Source: Antedon mediterranea (taxonomy: Eukaryota; Animalia; Echinodermata). Taken from it: a DNA stretch of 64,000 bases. The stretch lies in contig NC_092676.1 in assembly GCF_964355755.1 (NCBI RefSeq), forward strand, positions 15,456,871 through 15,520,870, written 5' to 3'. Shown here piece by piece: positions 11,001-23,214 of the stretch (positions are counted from its first letter, which is position 1; the number at the start of each line of letters is the position of its first letter). The notes under the pieces are model-generated. The model made no database searches and had not been told where the DNA came from. It saw only the letters and a list, made by a program, of their open reading frames with translations. The position numbers and the translations under genes were made by a program.

Positions 11001-14000
11001 TGCTCTGTAAACGTACCAAATTTCACAATTACAATTTAAGAACTTCTCATTTAAACATTCCTTTTGCTAGACTTACTAAAACTAAATTTTTTATAACTAT
11101 ATCAGGTCCTAATTTGTGGAATCATATCCCACCAAATATCAAAACGTCAATATCATTATTTACTTTCCGAAAAAAGTTAAAGAATCATTATATATCTAAA
11201 TATTATACTGCTTAGTTAATATGCTTATTATCATTATTTATACTCATATACTATTTATGTCTTACACAAAATATTAGTAGTTGTTTATTATTGCAATCTT
11301 TAATTTATACTATATATAATGTATATATAGTATATACTATATATATACTGGAATTATAATTTATGTATACATATTTTTTTTTTCCATTTACCAATATCGG
11401 TAGTTATTTCATTTATAATTATCATGAAACTATTGAAATATAATTTAAATAATTTTTATAAAGAAGATGTTAGTTATGTTATTATACTGTAATTTTTTAT
11501 CCTAAATTATATAATTATATATTCTAGGTTATTTTTTATTTTTTTAGTAATGTGTTTTGTTGTGGGTCCCTACGAGACAAGTTTTTAACTTCTAGAAGAG
11601 ATCCATGATAATAATGACTACCAATTACTGCTTTATCTATGTTCACTTTAATATCTTTTTTCTATTTTGTATATATTCATTCATTATTATCTAAATAAAT
11701 ATTATCTGAATCTGAATCTATCTCCCAACATGTTGTTGACAATATAGTATTTAGTAATTAATTTTAGTATTTTTAATCCACAAAATGTTTCTTTTTTACA
11801 TTTGATTGGTTGATTATCATGAGCTGTTATTTTCTTCTATTTTAACAATTAAATGCACTAATTGATCGTACTGTAGGCTTTTTATAAAATTATTTCTGTG
11901 CGACCAGAAAAATAAATGTGTGGAGTGAACTGTCTATAACTGCTTTGCTCCGCTGTCAGAGCAAATGCTTCTTTTATAGCCCAAACATTCAAAATCTAAT
12001 TATTGAATGTATTATAAAATAAAGAGTCTTGTATTCATTGAATCTATACAGTAGAACATTTCAGTTAATCGTTCAACTCATGAGAATATTCTCCCCATTC
12101 AACTCATGAGAATATTCTCCCCATTCAACTCATGAGAATATTCTCCCCATTCAACTCATGAGAATATTCTCCCCATTCAACTCATGAGAATATTCTCCCC
12201 ATTCAACTCATGAGAATATTCTCCCCATTCAACTCATGAGAATATTCTCCCCATTCAACTCATGAGAATATTCTCCCCATTCAACTCATGAGAATATTCT
12301 CCCCATTCAACTCATGAGAATATTCTCCCCATTCAACTCATGAGAATATTCTCCCCATTCAACTCATGAGAATATTCTCCCCATTCAACTCATGAGAATA
12401 TTCTCCCCATTCAACTCATGAGAATATTCTCCCCATTCAACTCATGAGAATATTCTCCCCATTCAACTCATGAGAATATTCTCCCCATTCAACTCATGAG
12501 AATATTCTCCCCATTCAACTCATGAGAATATTCTCCCCATTCAACTCATGAGAATATTCTCCCCATTCAACTCATGAGAATATTCTCCCCATTCAACTCA
12601 TGAGAATATTCTCCCCATTCAACTCATGAGAATATTCTCCCCATTCAACTCATGAGAATATTCTCCCCATTCAACTCATGAGAATATTCTCTACATTCAA
12701 CTCATGAGAATATTCTCCCCATTCAACTCATGAGAATATTCTCCCCATTCAACTCATGAGAATATTCTCCCCATTCAACTCATGAGAATATTCTCCCCAT
12801 TCAGCTCATGAAAATATTCTCCCCATTCAACTCATGAGAATATTCTCCCCATTCAACTCATGAGAATATTCTCCCCATTCAACTCATGAGAATATTCTCC
12901 CCATTCAACTCATGAGAATATTCTCCCCATTCAACTCATGAGAATATTCTCCCCATTCAACTCATGAGAATATTCTCCCCATTCAACTCATGAGAATATT
13001 CTCCCCATTCAACTCATGAGAATATTCTCCCCATTCAACTCATGAGAATATTCTCCCCATTTAACTCATGAAAATATTCTCCCCATTCAACTCATGAGAA
13101 TATTCTCCCCATTCAACTCATGAGAATATTCTCCCCATTCAACTCATGAGAATATTCTCCCCATTCAACTCATGAGAATATTCTCCCCATTCAACTCATA
13201 CACATTCATTATTTGTATAATAATAACATTTTGAGATTTTGTTTTGTACAATATTTAACAGGTCATTTGAAATAATCATCTTAGGAAAAAAATATTCTAA
13301 ACAGATGAATTTGTTTCATTTTAGGTAAAGGAAAAATTCCAGCCAATTCAACACTTGTTTTTGAGGTTGAACTCTTTGATTGGAAAGGTGAAGATTTAAC
13401 AGAAGAAAAAGATGGTGGTGTCATTGTAAGAATTCAGACAGAGGGAGAAGGTGAAGAAACACCAATAGATGGCTCAACAGTTAAAAGTAGGTGCAATTTT
13501 ATGCTCTAATTAAAATTAAACATTTAAAAGAAAGTAAAAATAAACCTACACATGCTTTTTTCAACTTATAATTAAGTATTAACTCCCTGACAAAAAATAG
13601 GTACGCTTATGTTGACACGGAACTGGGAGGAACTCAACTCAAATATACATTGAGAGAGCGCTTTTGTCAACTTCTAGACCAACTGATAGTAAACCAGTGT
13701 GTGAACGCATATGTAGACACTGGAACCGATTCTGGTTTCCTGGGTGCACAGTGCAATCATTCGTATATTTGCTCGTGGTTACCCATACTGCACTCATTGC
13801 ACAATTCAAAGTTTTCAGTTGTGTTTAGTTCATCTAACTAACTCCCGGGAAAAAGTAGAATTTGTTCAGCTTAACACAACTGTGCATATTTCGAGTTGAG
13901 GTCAGTTACAATCAATTGCTCACACAGTTCAATTGAGTTCTGTGTCGAAATAAGCATACCGTTATACAGTAGTAACGATGTTAACGCAATACCCACTGTT

Positions 14001-17000
14001 TCTTTGGCCAAGCTCAGTATAGATGTAAACACCAAGCTAATAGTGGGTTTGAGCCCCACTCAAAACATGTAAGAGTATCTTAAATGTACTAGTTCAATTT
14101 ACATCAAACATCTGAATAAAGTATTTCAATACAGTGCAGTTTATCTTCAGTAGTTTGTATTGCAGATAGGAACATGTCAAATGGAAAAATATATTGGAAG
14201 GATACAATTTATATATTTATAAAAAAACAATATTAAATTTAGATTTTTTGTTAAAGTTCATCTGACAGGTGATTGTAGTGGAAAAGTGTTTGATGACCGC
14301 GATGTTTCATTCACCATGGAAGATAGTAAGTATTTTAAAATAAAATGTGTATTTGAATGCTTTGAAATCATGTTTTACGCACATGTGGGCCTTTTTAAAG
14401 AAAGGGGTTTCTGTTTTGATTTGATTGAAAATGTTATTGGCTGTTGTCAAATTTTGTTACTATACAGTCCGAAAGTAGAAACAGGAAGTGAAATAAGTTT
14501 TAAGTGTTATAAACTTCTTTGCCTGGAAAGTTAATGTTAATTTCATTTATTAGTTGTGTTGAAATATAAAAGTGTAAACAAAATTTTCCCAAATCACTCC
14601 ATTGTAGAGTACCCTTGTTTAACCACCTCTCCTTACTATCTTAATTTTGCACACTGAAACCAATGCAGTGTATTTAAAAGATTGTAAATTGTTTATACAC
14701 AAAGATCAAACTATTATAAAATTTAAAAAAAAATCTTTTGCACTGTTTTGACTTTGTCACTATTTAATATTTCATAATCATTCAACCATGAGAAAAGTTA
14801 CTATGCCAAAATTTCAATTTGCACTATAATACATCAAAATCATGCATATGATGTGCCACTACACCATTTATGTTCTTGTTTTATACTAGCTGTTGTGTGT
14901 CTATCGGATAAAAAAAAACAATTGTGGTGCAAGACCTATTGTTTATTTGATCATTTGTGGTACATATATGGGATTATAACAATAAATTGTAAACACTACA
15001 GTACTATTGTAAATACTTTCACGCCACTTTCATTGAAATTTTTAATGTAGATTCTTTTTATGTGGTTTTGAGTTATCATAAAGTATTATAATGGTGTTTT
15101 TATTATATTGTATGTAACTAATGGAACAAATTATTCAGTACATACATGCAGATATAGAAAATTTCTATTAAAATACTATTATAATATCCACTATACTAGC
15201 CAAATGAACAATACATGGATGCTTGCATACTGTACATTATCTACATAAACAGCTCTTCGTGTGAATTGCACTTGATATTATTCTTCATTCGGAGCCTAGC
15301 ACCTGATGATTGAAGAGATTTCATTTTTATCACCTTTATGAAACAGTCTGTAGTGTGCAAATAAATTGTTTAAATTTAACTATTTATACATCTAATGTGT
15401 TTTTATAATGTGATAGGCAGTGAACATGGCATTGTTGAAGGTGTGAGTATGGCAATCAAAAACATGCATAAAGGAGAAACGGTCAGTGTTTCTCTGAAAC
15501 CTAAATATGCATTTAAAGATACTGGCAACCAAGAACTTGGAATTGCAGGCGATGCAAACGTATCATATACCATTAAACTTAATGATTTTGAAAAGGTTTG
15601 TGTTTTATAACGTTCTTATTTATTTGTTGATACAATTATTATTTCATAAAATTTGGAATTATTAACATTTCATATAAATATTAGTAAACCCCTTGACATG
15701 ATTTTGTGGGATCAAACCATAGCTATCCCTCCCTCAATCCACACTTCTGATAAAGTGCATTTTGGTTAATGAAACTTTTTTTAACAGTCCTTCAACAAAA
15801 TGTTTAAGCAGAAACGTGTAATTGAATTATATACCGTATATTATTATTACGGTATTTTTATATCGTATATTGATGATATGGAGCAGAAACAGGGCCACAG
15901 ATGTAGAAAATAAAAGACAAATTGGAATGGCTTTACCAAAAACTGGGCCCATCCCAGATGTCCCCATATTTGGATTATATTATAGTCAATGCACCCATAC
16001 TCTGTTATGATCATATCATCAATTTGATACATGAACATATATTGTAGCAGTCCTACAGTATATATGCTATGTTGTCTTATGTGTGTAATACACTACTGAA
16101 TTGAAACTTAAAATGTAGACAATCAAAGACTTGTGAATACTGTATATGCAGTTATTTTCGCGCTGGCAAGACATTTTGTACGCGAAAATAATGGCATATA
16201 CAGTACTCTGGATCCTACATTTACAGGGAATGGAAACTTGGGAGATGGATACACCTCAAAAGATTGAAGCAGCAGTGCATGCCAAAGAAAGAGGTACCAC
16301 AAAGTTTAAGGTAATGAAGTAATTTTGATACAGTTATATATCATACAGTATTCTTGAAATTAATTAAGCATCACGTGCCATTCAGGATAACAGAAAAGTG
16401 ATTTATAATGAAGATGGGTTCTAATGAAATATTTTGAGAATTGTTGTCGCACAAGGTTGTTGACAGATCTGCTCTTAGTGCACGCCTTCTGTTCTACTTT
16501 GAAATAGAACCTAATTAATTTATCATACATTTTTTGTACTTTACGTCTACTTGATAGGCTGGGGCATACTCAGATGCTATCAAGAACTGGACTCGTGTTA
16601 CATCCTTGTTAGATTATGCCAGTGATCTAGATGATGATGCAGAGCAGAAAGAGAAATGGAATTCATTGAAGTTAGCTGGTTTCCTCAATCTTGCCATGGC
16701 ATATCTAAAGACTGCAGAATACCTTCAAGCTATCAAAAATTGTGATAAAGTAAGAATATTTTTTATTTAATTGATTATGACCACATGGCATACATCAATA
16801 TTTTGCGATCATACTTACGTACGTGCATGTTGTTTTTAAATTAGGCCTAAATGTCACTAAAATTATAAAAATGATCACCTATAATTCGTCAAAGTGATGA
16901 ATTAAAATCTAGTTTTCATTGAATTTATTTGTCAATGTTTGTTAATAGTAGAGATGCACTGTAAAACTAAATTGTATAGTATGTTTTTGGTTTATACATT

Positions 17001-19819
17001 TAGAATTAAATTCACAACTTTTAAAAATGAATGAAATAATGTAATTTAAAAAATGTTCATTATTGCATTTGGACATTTTAGGCATTTGAGATGGATGCAG
17101 ATTGTGTAAAAGCTTATTACCGTAAAGGTGAAGCTAATATGGGTATGAGCAACCCTGAAATAGCAAAACTGGATTTCCAAAAAGTACTTCAGTTGGATCC
17201 TACAAACAAGGCAGCAAAAAATAAAATAGCAGTCTGTGATCACAAAATCAAACAACAGCGTGCAAAAGAGAAGAAAACTTATGGCAATATGTTTGCTAAG
17301 TTTGCAGCTCAGGATGCTAAGGTAATGTGAACATCTTTAATTATTGCTATTCATCTCCAATTATATGGGTGTAAAATACAAGTATTTTGTATACTTTTAG
17401 TATGATGTTAGAAATGACATAATACTATTTAGGTATAAATTCCTAAAATTCATACTTTATTAAAAAGTAAGCTTACACCCTTTATTAATGAATGTTAATG
17501 AATCCAAATAATTTCATGAGGTGAAAGATGAAATATTATATTTTCACTAAGAGAATACTGGTGAAATATAAAAAATGTTGATTTTCACTGAATTAAATTA
17601 TTTGGTCCATTACACAAACATTCATTATTTGTTTTATAACAACCTACTCTTAATGGGAGGATTGGCCAAAGGTAGTACAATTATAGACGGCATACACTTC
17701 AAGTTCATAGAACGTATTAAGTCAACAGTCGAACGTGTGGTTGCTCACTGTGTAACCAAACCAGTGGTGGATCTAGGGTGTGAATATGGTGTCTAGCCAC
17801 CCCTTAATTTAAAAAAAAAAAATGAAATAACAAATAATGCAACCAACCCCACCAACCATCGCTGGATTCGACACACCTGACTCTTTTAATTAAGAAGAGT
17901 AGGCCTAGAGCTAAGGTTAGCATTATATAGTTAAGGCCTACATAATTAAAGAGCTAAGAGTTTAATTACTATTTATGAATTCAAGAAGAAATAAATAAAA
18001 CGCGATTTAAAATCTCCAATAAATATCCACAACTGAGTTATTTTCACACACACTCCTACTACTACTACCAGCGGCATGTTGTCTAGCTCGCTTCCCGTGT
18101 GAATGCTGACGTCATCACTCTCCAGAAATACACCATTTTGCATTCAGTTAATTGCCACCCTGGTATGTGTGTGCAAGAGTTAGCGTGGTATATTTACACC
18201 CCTGTACAGAGTGGAGTGTATAATAAATAATGAAATGTCTTTTTTTTGTTTGTTATAGACACGGCGATTACTGCAATCATTGTATACTAAATTACTATAC
18301 ATTAAGTTATTCACACTTCTGTAGGGTAAATATCACAGACGACCACAACACAGTACACACATATCAAGGAAATAACAGGCATTAAAATGTGTTGAAAAAA
18401 GGCAACTTAGGCTTCCTAAACCAGAGGTGTCTCAGACCTCTGTGTTGCGCCTCTGCAGAATACTCTATACATGTATATATATAAATTATGGTTAATTCTG
18501 ACATAGGCGAGCACAATGCAAAAACTTCGGTACAAATCTCCGCCTTGGATACCTACCTTATCTATCTCAGATGTACCGCGAAACATAGATTTGATAACAT
18601 TAGTTTTCACATTGACGCTATTGCTCTATATTTCTATCTTAGGAAGATATTATAAAGGGTTTTGGTGCTTGGTGGCGATAACCATTTTGGTTTTTTGTTT
18701 ATTTTCCAACCGTGCGTGTGAAGGTATAGTAGTACATAAAGATCAAGCCTAAAACGCTATTAATCATCTAAGACACTTAGGTTAGTGAGTACGTTTAGTT
18801 TTAGGAATATCAAAAGCATTTAACTAATGGTAACCGACCGAAATTGTCCTGGCCAGAATGTCGTCCTAAAACTGTTTATGTCCCGAGTCATTATCATTCC
18901 GAGAACCATCGTCTACACTTCCTAGAGGGGGAGCGAGCGAAGTATTAAGTATTCCATACAGAGTTGCACTATACAAAATATGATGATAACCATATATTAT
19001 TTTTTGCCTTATACAAACTCTCTTGTGAAGTCTACCTCTGGATTTATGGCAATGCGAAAATGAGAATCTAAATAAAATCCTTTTCTCATTATAGAAAATC
19101 CGAAAATATTCTCTAATTTAGTATTCATTAAATCTCACTTGGTTTAATCCCTGCTTCATTTCATTTTTTCAGTTTACGTCAGAAATTAATTCAGTAAAAT
19201 TCTTGCATAATAATAATGCATTTTTACAGAATTTGTTTAATGATTACAGTAATGAAGGTTTCTCCAATGTGATTGTGTAGTCAGTTAATTACCTTGCTAT
19301 TGAAAAGCGTTTTTGTCCTTTTTCCACAACTCAATTATTTTTTTATTGGGTTTTATAAGGCAAACACCAGCTTGCAGAACTTCACTTGGCAAGATAGGGA
19401 CTTCAATCTACTCCTTCAATCTTATCTTGGCTACAAATACTAGTTATATCAACATTCTTTCAATGAATCATAATATTATACACATAACTTTATTCAATCA
19501 ATTCGCTGCTTCCATTCGATCAATGGAGAATCTTAGACAAGAAGCTAGGCTATCAGCGTTCAAAAAGAAAATGCTTGGATTTTTTACTGCAGAGCTAAAA
19601 CGGCTTTAGTTTTTTTTAATTTTATGATTTTCTGTATTGTAGGCTGAAGAGAAAAGAAGGCAAAAAGAAGATAAAAGAGCGAAAGAGATGTTTAAAAAAG
19701 CTGGTGAAGATGCAAGGAAAGACGATGAAAAAAATAATATAGAAAATAATAGTGAGGAACCTGAGAAAGTAATAGATCAAGATACAAAAGAAAATGATGA
19801 AGGAACGGCTGTTGACTAG
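1851..19819 (+). CDS. FKBP4: FKBP4/FKBP5-family peptidyl-prolyl isomerase (2 FKBP domains + TPR), 9 coding exons, 480 aa
   Basis: Exons 1851-2091, 3912-4010, 13325-13486, 14257-14325, 15417-15595, 16227-16310, 16558-16749, 17082-17321, 19643-19819. All are GT-AG and phase-compatible, totalling 1443 nt. Motifs: [55 protein letters not shown] ([46 protein letters not shown]). FKBP4 vs FKBP5 is probably not separable in an invertebrate. Confidence 0.93.
3585..3860. repeat. Degenerate short tandem repeat (TTCATAAAGCGTATAC..CTTGAGTA-like units)
   Basis: Recurrent TTCATAAAG and CTTGAGTATAC words. Confidence 0.55.
3912..4010 (+). CDS. FKBP4: FKBP4-like coding exon 2
   Basis: [32 protein letters not shown], bounded by AG/GT. 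Confidence 0.92.
4416..6332. mobile_element. PIF/Harbinger-like MITE, split by a younger insertion
   Basis: Ends AGCCTGTT..TTCACAAGGTGAATTTATTCGCG / CGCGAAAATAATTTCGCCTAGTGGAAAACAGGCT; flanks TCA/TTA. Confidence 0.55.
4519..6289. mobile_element. Non-autonomous hAT-like element with 5-bp TSD (1,771 bp)
   Basis: Perfect 14-bp TIR CAGGGCTCGATTTA/TAAATCGAGCCCTG, subterminal TAGCCC repeats, GTGCG duplicated at 4514-4518 and 6290-6294. Confidence 0.75.
6362..6755. mobile_element. MITE (~390 bp)
   Basis: Imperfect TIR TAGGGAGTTTTCGCACGGGCACGTAAATGTTAAC / GTTAACGTTTACGTTCTCGTGCGAAATGTCCTA. Confidence 0.6.
6819..8311 (-). pseudogene. Sola3-type DDD transposase pseudogene (stops, frameshifts, internal deletions)
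   Basis: Minus-strand motifs [27 protein letters not shown] (~8045-7960), [17 protein letters not shown] (~7816-7796), [20 protein letters not shown] (~7729-7670), [17 protein letters not shown] (~7100-7045). Confidence 0.8.
9626..11719 (+). mobile_element. Internally deleted CR1/L2-group LINE
   Basis: ORF1-like coiled-coil start (9819-10076). APE endonuclease ([33 protein letters not shown]; to 10562). Post-RT C-terminus ([43 protein letters not shown]; to 11215). 3' AATAAA + (TCTGAA)n tail. RT core absent. Confidence 0.85.
12071..13198. repeat. 26-bp minisatellite (TTCAACTCATGAGAATATTCTCCCCA) x ~43
   Basis: Near-perfect head-to-tail units without spacers. Confidence 0.97.
13325..13486 (+). 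CDS. FKBP4: FKBP4-like coding exon 3
   Basis: [53 protein letters not shown]. Confidence 0.92.
14257..14325 (+). CDS. FKBP4: FKBP4-like coding exon 4
   Basis: [22 protein letters not shown], donor GTAAG. Confidence 0.85.
15417..15595 (+). CDS. FKBP4: FKBP4-like coding exon 5
   Basis: [20 protein letters not shown]...KPKYAF...[10 protein letters not shown]. Confidence 0.9.
16140..16203. mobile_element. 64-bp Tc1/mariner-type mini-MITE
   Basis: TA|CTGTATATGC..TTATTTTCGCG / CGCGAAAATAA..GCATATACAG|TA. Confidence 0.6.
16227..16310 (+). CDS. FKBP4: FKBP4-like coding exon 6
   Basis: [28 protein letters not shown]. Confidence 0.9.
16558..16749 (+). CDS. FKBP4: FKBP4-like coding exon 7 (TPR)
   Basis: [11 protein letters not shown]...[26 protein letters not shown]. 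Confidence 0.9.
17082..17321 (+). CDS. FKBP4: FKBP4-like coding exon 8 (TPR)
   Basis: [18 protein letters not shown]...[18 protein letters not shown]. Confidence 0.92.
19643..19819 (+). CDS. FKBP4: FKBP4-like terminal coding exon
   Basis: Phase-0 acceptor tgtag|GCT, charged tail [10 protein letters not shown]...[15 protein letters not shown] at 20235-20240. Confidence 0.8.
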   Translation, partial: AEEKRRQKEDKRAKEMFKKAGEDARKDDEKNNIENNSEEPEKVIDQDTKENDEGTAVD

Positions 19820-20420
19820 ACTTTACATTCTAATTTGATATCATTATTATCATAGCATAACAGCTAATACTGCATTCCTTCAAATTACTTTTATACTTTG
19901 TGTATGTTTTTATGTGACTTTATGTTATATTAATTTAAATCTTTATAGTTTAATTTTCAACATAAAAACTTCAATCTTATTAAAAGTTTATTAAACTACT
20001 AGACTGTATTTGATGGGGATAGAATCTTAATGCTTATTAGTATATGGGGATAGTATCAGTATAATAGAGGTTGGATATACTAAATAATAAGTATTAATGT
20101 ACTGTACTGTATAACCTACAACTCATTTTACTGGCATTTTTTTGTAAGAAATATTTCTTGTTACAAATGCTATTTATTGCTACAATTTTTATTTGAGTCT
20201 ATGAATGTTACTACTGGTATTAATATACAATACAAATAAATTAAAAAACAAAGGTACATTTTGTGTTTATATTTTAGGTGCTTGAGTCTTTGTTTAAAAC
20301 TAAAACATCAATCATTAAGTTGTGTCGTGAAATGGTCTTAAATAATAAAACGTTTTGTTGTTTTGTGTGGAATTCACTACCTTCAGAAGCTTTTACTGCT
20401 TCAACTCTCATTTTAACATA

Positions 20421-20753
20421 CCGTATTTATTCGAATAGACGCCTCACCCAAATCAAATAAATTCCCCCATAGAACGTCATTTTGAATAAACGCCCCCCCT
20501 TCGAATAAATTACCCGCCACATGCATTATCTACACAATATGGTATTATAACACATTTCTATTTATAGTAGAATTCATTGATTAACATTATTAACCAAGCA
20601 TTTTTTACTGTATTAATTGTGTTGTGTTTTTTTCATCTAGGGGTTATTTATTTGAGTATACATGTTACAATGTTACACCCAAAAAAATAAACACCTCTCA
20701 TACAACCCTCCTGAACAATAAACGCTCCGGGGCGTTTATTCGAATTAATATGG
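20421..20753. mobile_element. pogo/Tigger-like MITE
   Basis: TA|CCGTATTTATTCGAATAGACGCC ... GGCGTTTATTCGAATTAATATGG|TA, with internal GAATAAACGCC repeats. Confidence 0.7.
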
Positions 20754-20879
20754 TATAAGCATTCTGTATACTACTTTAAACAAACTAGGACCAACATCTG
20801 TTTAAATTGCCTTAACATACAAATGTTTAATCAAGGCATCGTATATATAGTATAATATAGATAATATCAAGCTCAAGCA

Positions 20880-22385
20880 ACGGTGCAGATCCTAGTGGGA
20901 TGTCGAAAATGCTTGTGATGCGCTTTTCCGGGTGGGATGTCGCAGATCCCGATGGGATTGCACTTTTCCCAGTGGATTGGAATGTTGCAGATCCCAGTGT
21001 GATATCGCAGCTCCTGGTGGGATGGCGCAGATTCCGGTGGAATGTGAAATAGTCTGGTGGAATGGTGCAGATCCTGGTGGGATGGTGTAGATCCTGATGG
21101 GATGGTGTAGATCCTGATGGTATGGTGCAGATCTTAGTGGGATGTCACTAATCCTGGTGGGATGGCACAGACCCAGGTGGAATGGTGCTTATCATAGTGG
21201 TATGTCGCACTGGTGGTACGTGTGGCGTAGATCCTGGTGAGATGGTGCAGATCATGGTGCTATGGTGAAGATCATGGTGGGATGGTGCAGATCCTGGTGA
21301 GATGGTGCAAATTCTAGTGGGATGGTGCAGATCCTGATGGTATAGTGCAGATCTTGGTGGGATGGTGCAGATCCTGTTGGTATGGTGCAGATCATAGTGG
21401 GATGGTGCAGATCCTGGTGGTATGGTGCAGATCATAGTGGGATGGTGCAGATCTTGGTAGGATGGTACAGGTCGTGGTGGGATGGTGCAGATCCTGGTCG
21501 GATGGTACATGCAGTTCATGGTGCGATTGTGCAGATCCTGCTGCTAAGGCGCAGATCCTGGTGGGATGGTGCAGATCCGGCCTGATGGGATGGCCCATAT
21601 CCTGGTGGGATGGTGCAGATCATAGTTGGATGGTACATGCAGATCGTGGGAGCGATTGTGTAGATCCTGGTGCTATGGTGCAGATCGTGGTGGGATGGTG
21701 CAGATCCTGGTGGGACGGTGCAGATCCTGATGGATTTGATTTTATTTTATTCAGGTTTCAACATAAAATTACAAGACAAATATTAAAAATACAAAATGAA
21801 ACAAGCAAGGAATTGCACAGAATACAAGAAACCAAGGATAGCCCATAAAGTAGAAAAAACAACTTATTTCCAATGGAGTCCTATACCACTTATTTCTAAT
21901 TGGGTCCTATAATGGTGCAGATCCTGGTGCTATGGTGCAGATCCTGATGATATGGTGGGATGGTACTGCTGATCGTGGTGGGATGGTGCTGCTGATCGTG
22001 GTGGGATGGTGCTGCTGATCGTGGTGGGATGGTGCTGCTGATCGTGGTCGGATGGTGCTGCTGATCGTGGTGGGATGGTACAGATCCTGGTGGGATGGTG
22101 CTGCTGATCCTGGTGCTGCTGATCCTGGTGGGATGGTGCTGCTGATCCTGGTGGGATGGTGCTGCTGATCCTGGTGGGATGGTACTGCTGATCCTGGTGG
22201 GATGGTGCTGCTGATCCTGGTGGGATGGTGCTGCTGATCCTGGTGGGATGGTGCTGCTGATCCTGGTGGGATGGTGCTGCTGATCGTGGTGGGATGGTGC
22301 TGCTGATCGTGGTGGGATGGTGCTGCTGATCCTGGTGGGATGGTGCTGCTGATCGTGGTGGGATGGTACAGATCCTGGTGGATAC
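20880..22385. repeat. GC-rich minisatellite: 20-bp GATCCTGGTGGGATGGTGCA block followed by 23-bp GATCCTGGTGGGATGGTGCTGCT block
   Basis: Directly visible tandem units; they account for the repetitive ORFs at 21148-22388. Confidence 0.93.
21732..21885 (-). mobile_element. Probable 5'-truncated LINE 3' end inserted in the minisatellite
   Basis: On the minus strand: GGACTCCATTGGAAATAAG..stem-like segment, T-rich body, AATAAAATAAAATCAAATC tail. Confidence 0.4.
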
Positions 22386-23214
22386 CACTACATTTTATAA
22401 AACAACTTCATATTAATCACAGTACATTTACTGTCAGAAAACCGAAACCCGATTTTAGCGTCACAATGGATCAGTGATTCAGATATATTTGGTTCTTGCG
22501 GAAATTCATGACAGGCACAATCACTCACATAAAAATACAATAACATACATAATATATATAAGTAAAATAAATATAAACAAGAGTTGTAATAAAGATACAA
22601 AATAAACTACAAGGCGAGGAAAGAATAGTTTAACATAGTTTTGATTATTTGCTGTTTTTATACGTTTCATAAAACCACATGATTATCAAACATTTGTTCC
22701 TAGCTCTAAAAGTCAATCAAGTGTTTATAGTTGTTGGAATTTGTTTGTCTTACACTGTATTTTCTAAAAGAGTGAAATCCCGATTATTTTCGTGCTGTAT
22801 CAAAGGTTATCCACGTCCGTATACACCAACATTTGTTTTTGCACTTTTTTGGTGTAGTAACCAGATATGGTAACATTAAGTCGAACCACCTCATTACTGA
22901 AAGAAATCTGACTAGTTGTGCCAAATTCTTTCCTTCTTTTGTTATGCAAGTTACTGTAAATAAACTAATTTGTACATAAATGTAAATAGTGCAAATAAAA
23001 AAACACTAAAAAGAAGAGTTACGGAACACATTGATAATGCTATACTCTACAAGCAAATAGTTATTGAGTTATTTTTTATTCTCTTTATATTTATTGATAT
23101 TATTTCAATTTGTATGTAATGTAAATGTATGAATGATCTTTTGCAGAGATTTTTTAAGATGTAAGGGGATAGTTAAAATGTATAAATGAAAATATTATAC
23201 AATGACGTTATCCA

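Noticed and set aside
12071-13198. CRISPR-like array (26-bp palindromic repeats)
   Set aside because: Units are directly adjacent with no unique spacers, there are no cas genes, and the context is a eukaryotic intron.
21148-22388. His/Pro-rich and Trp/Cys-rich ORFs
   Set aside because: Translations of the 20/23-bp minisatellite; no splice or homology support.
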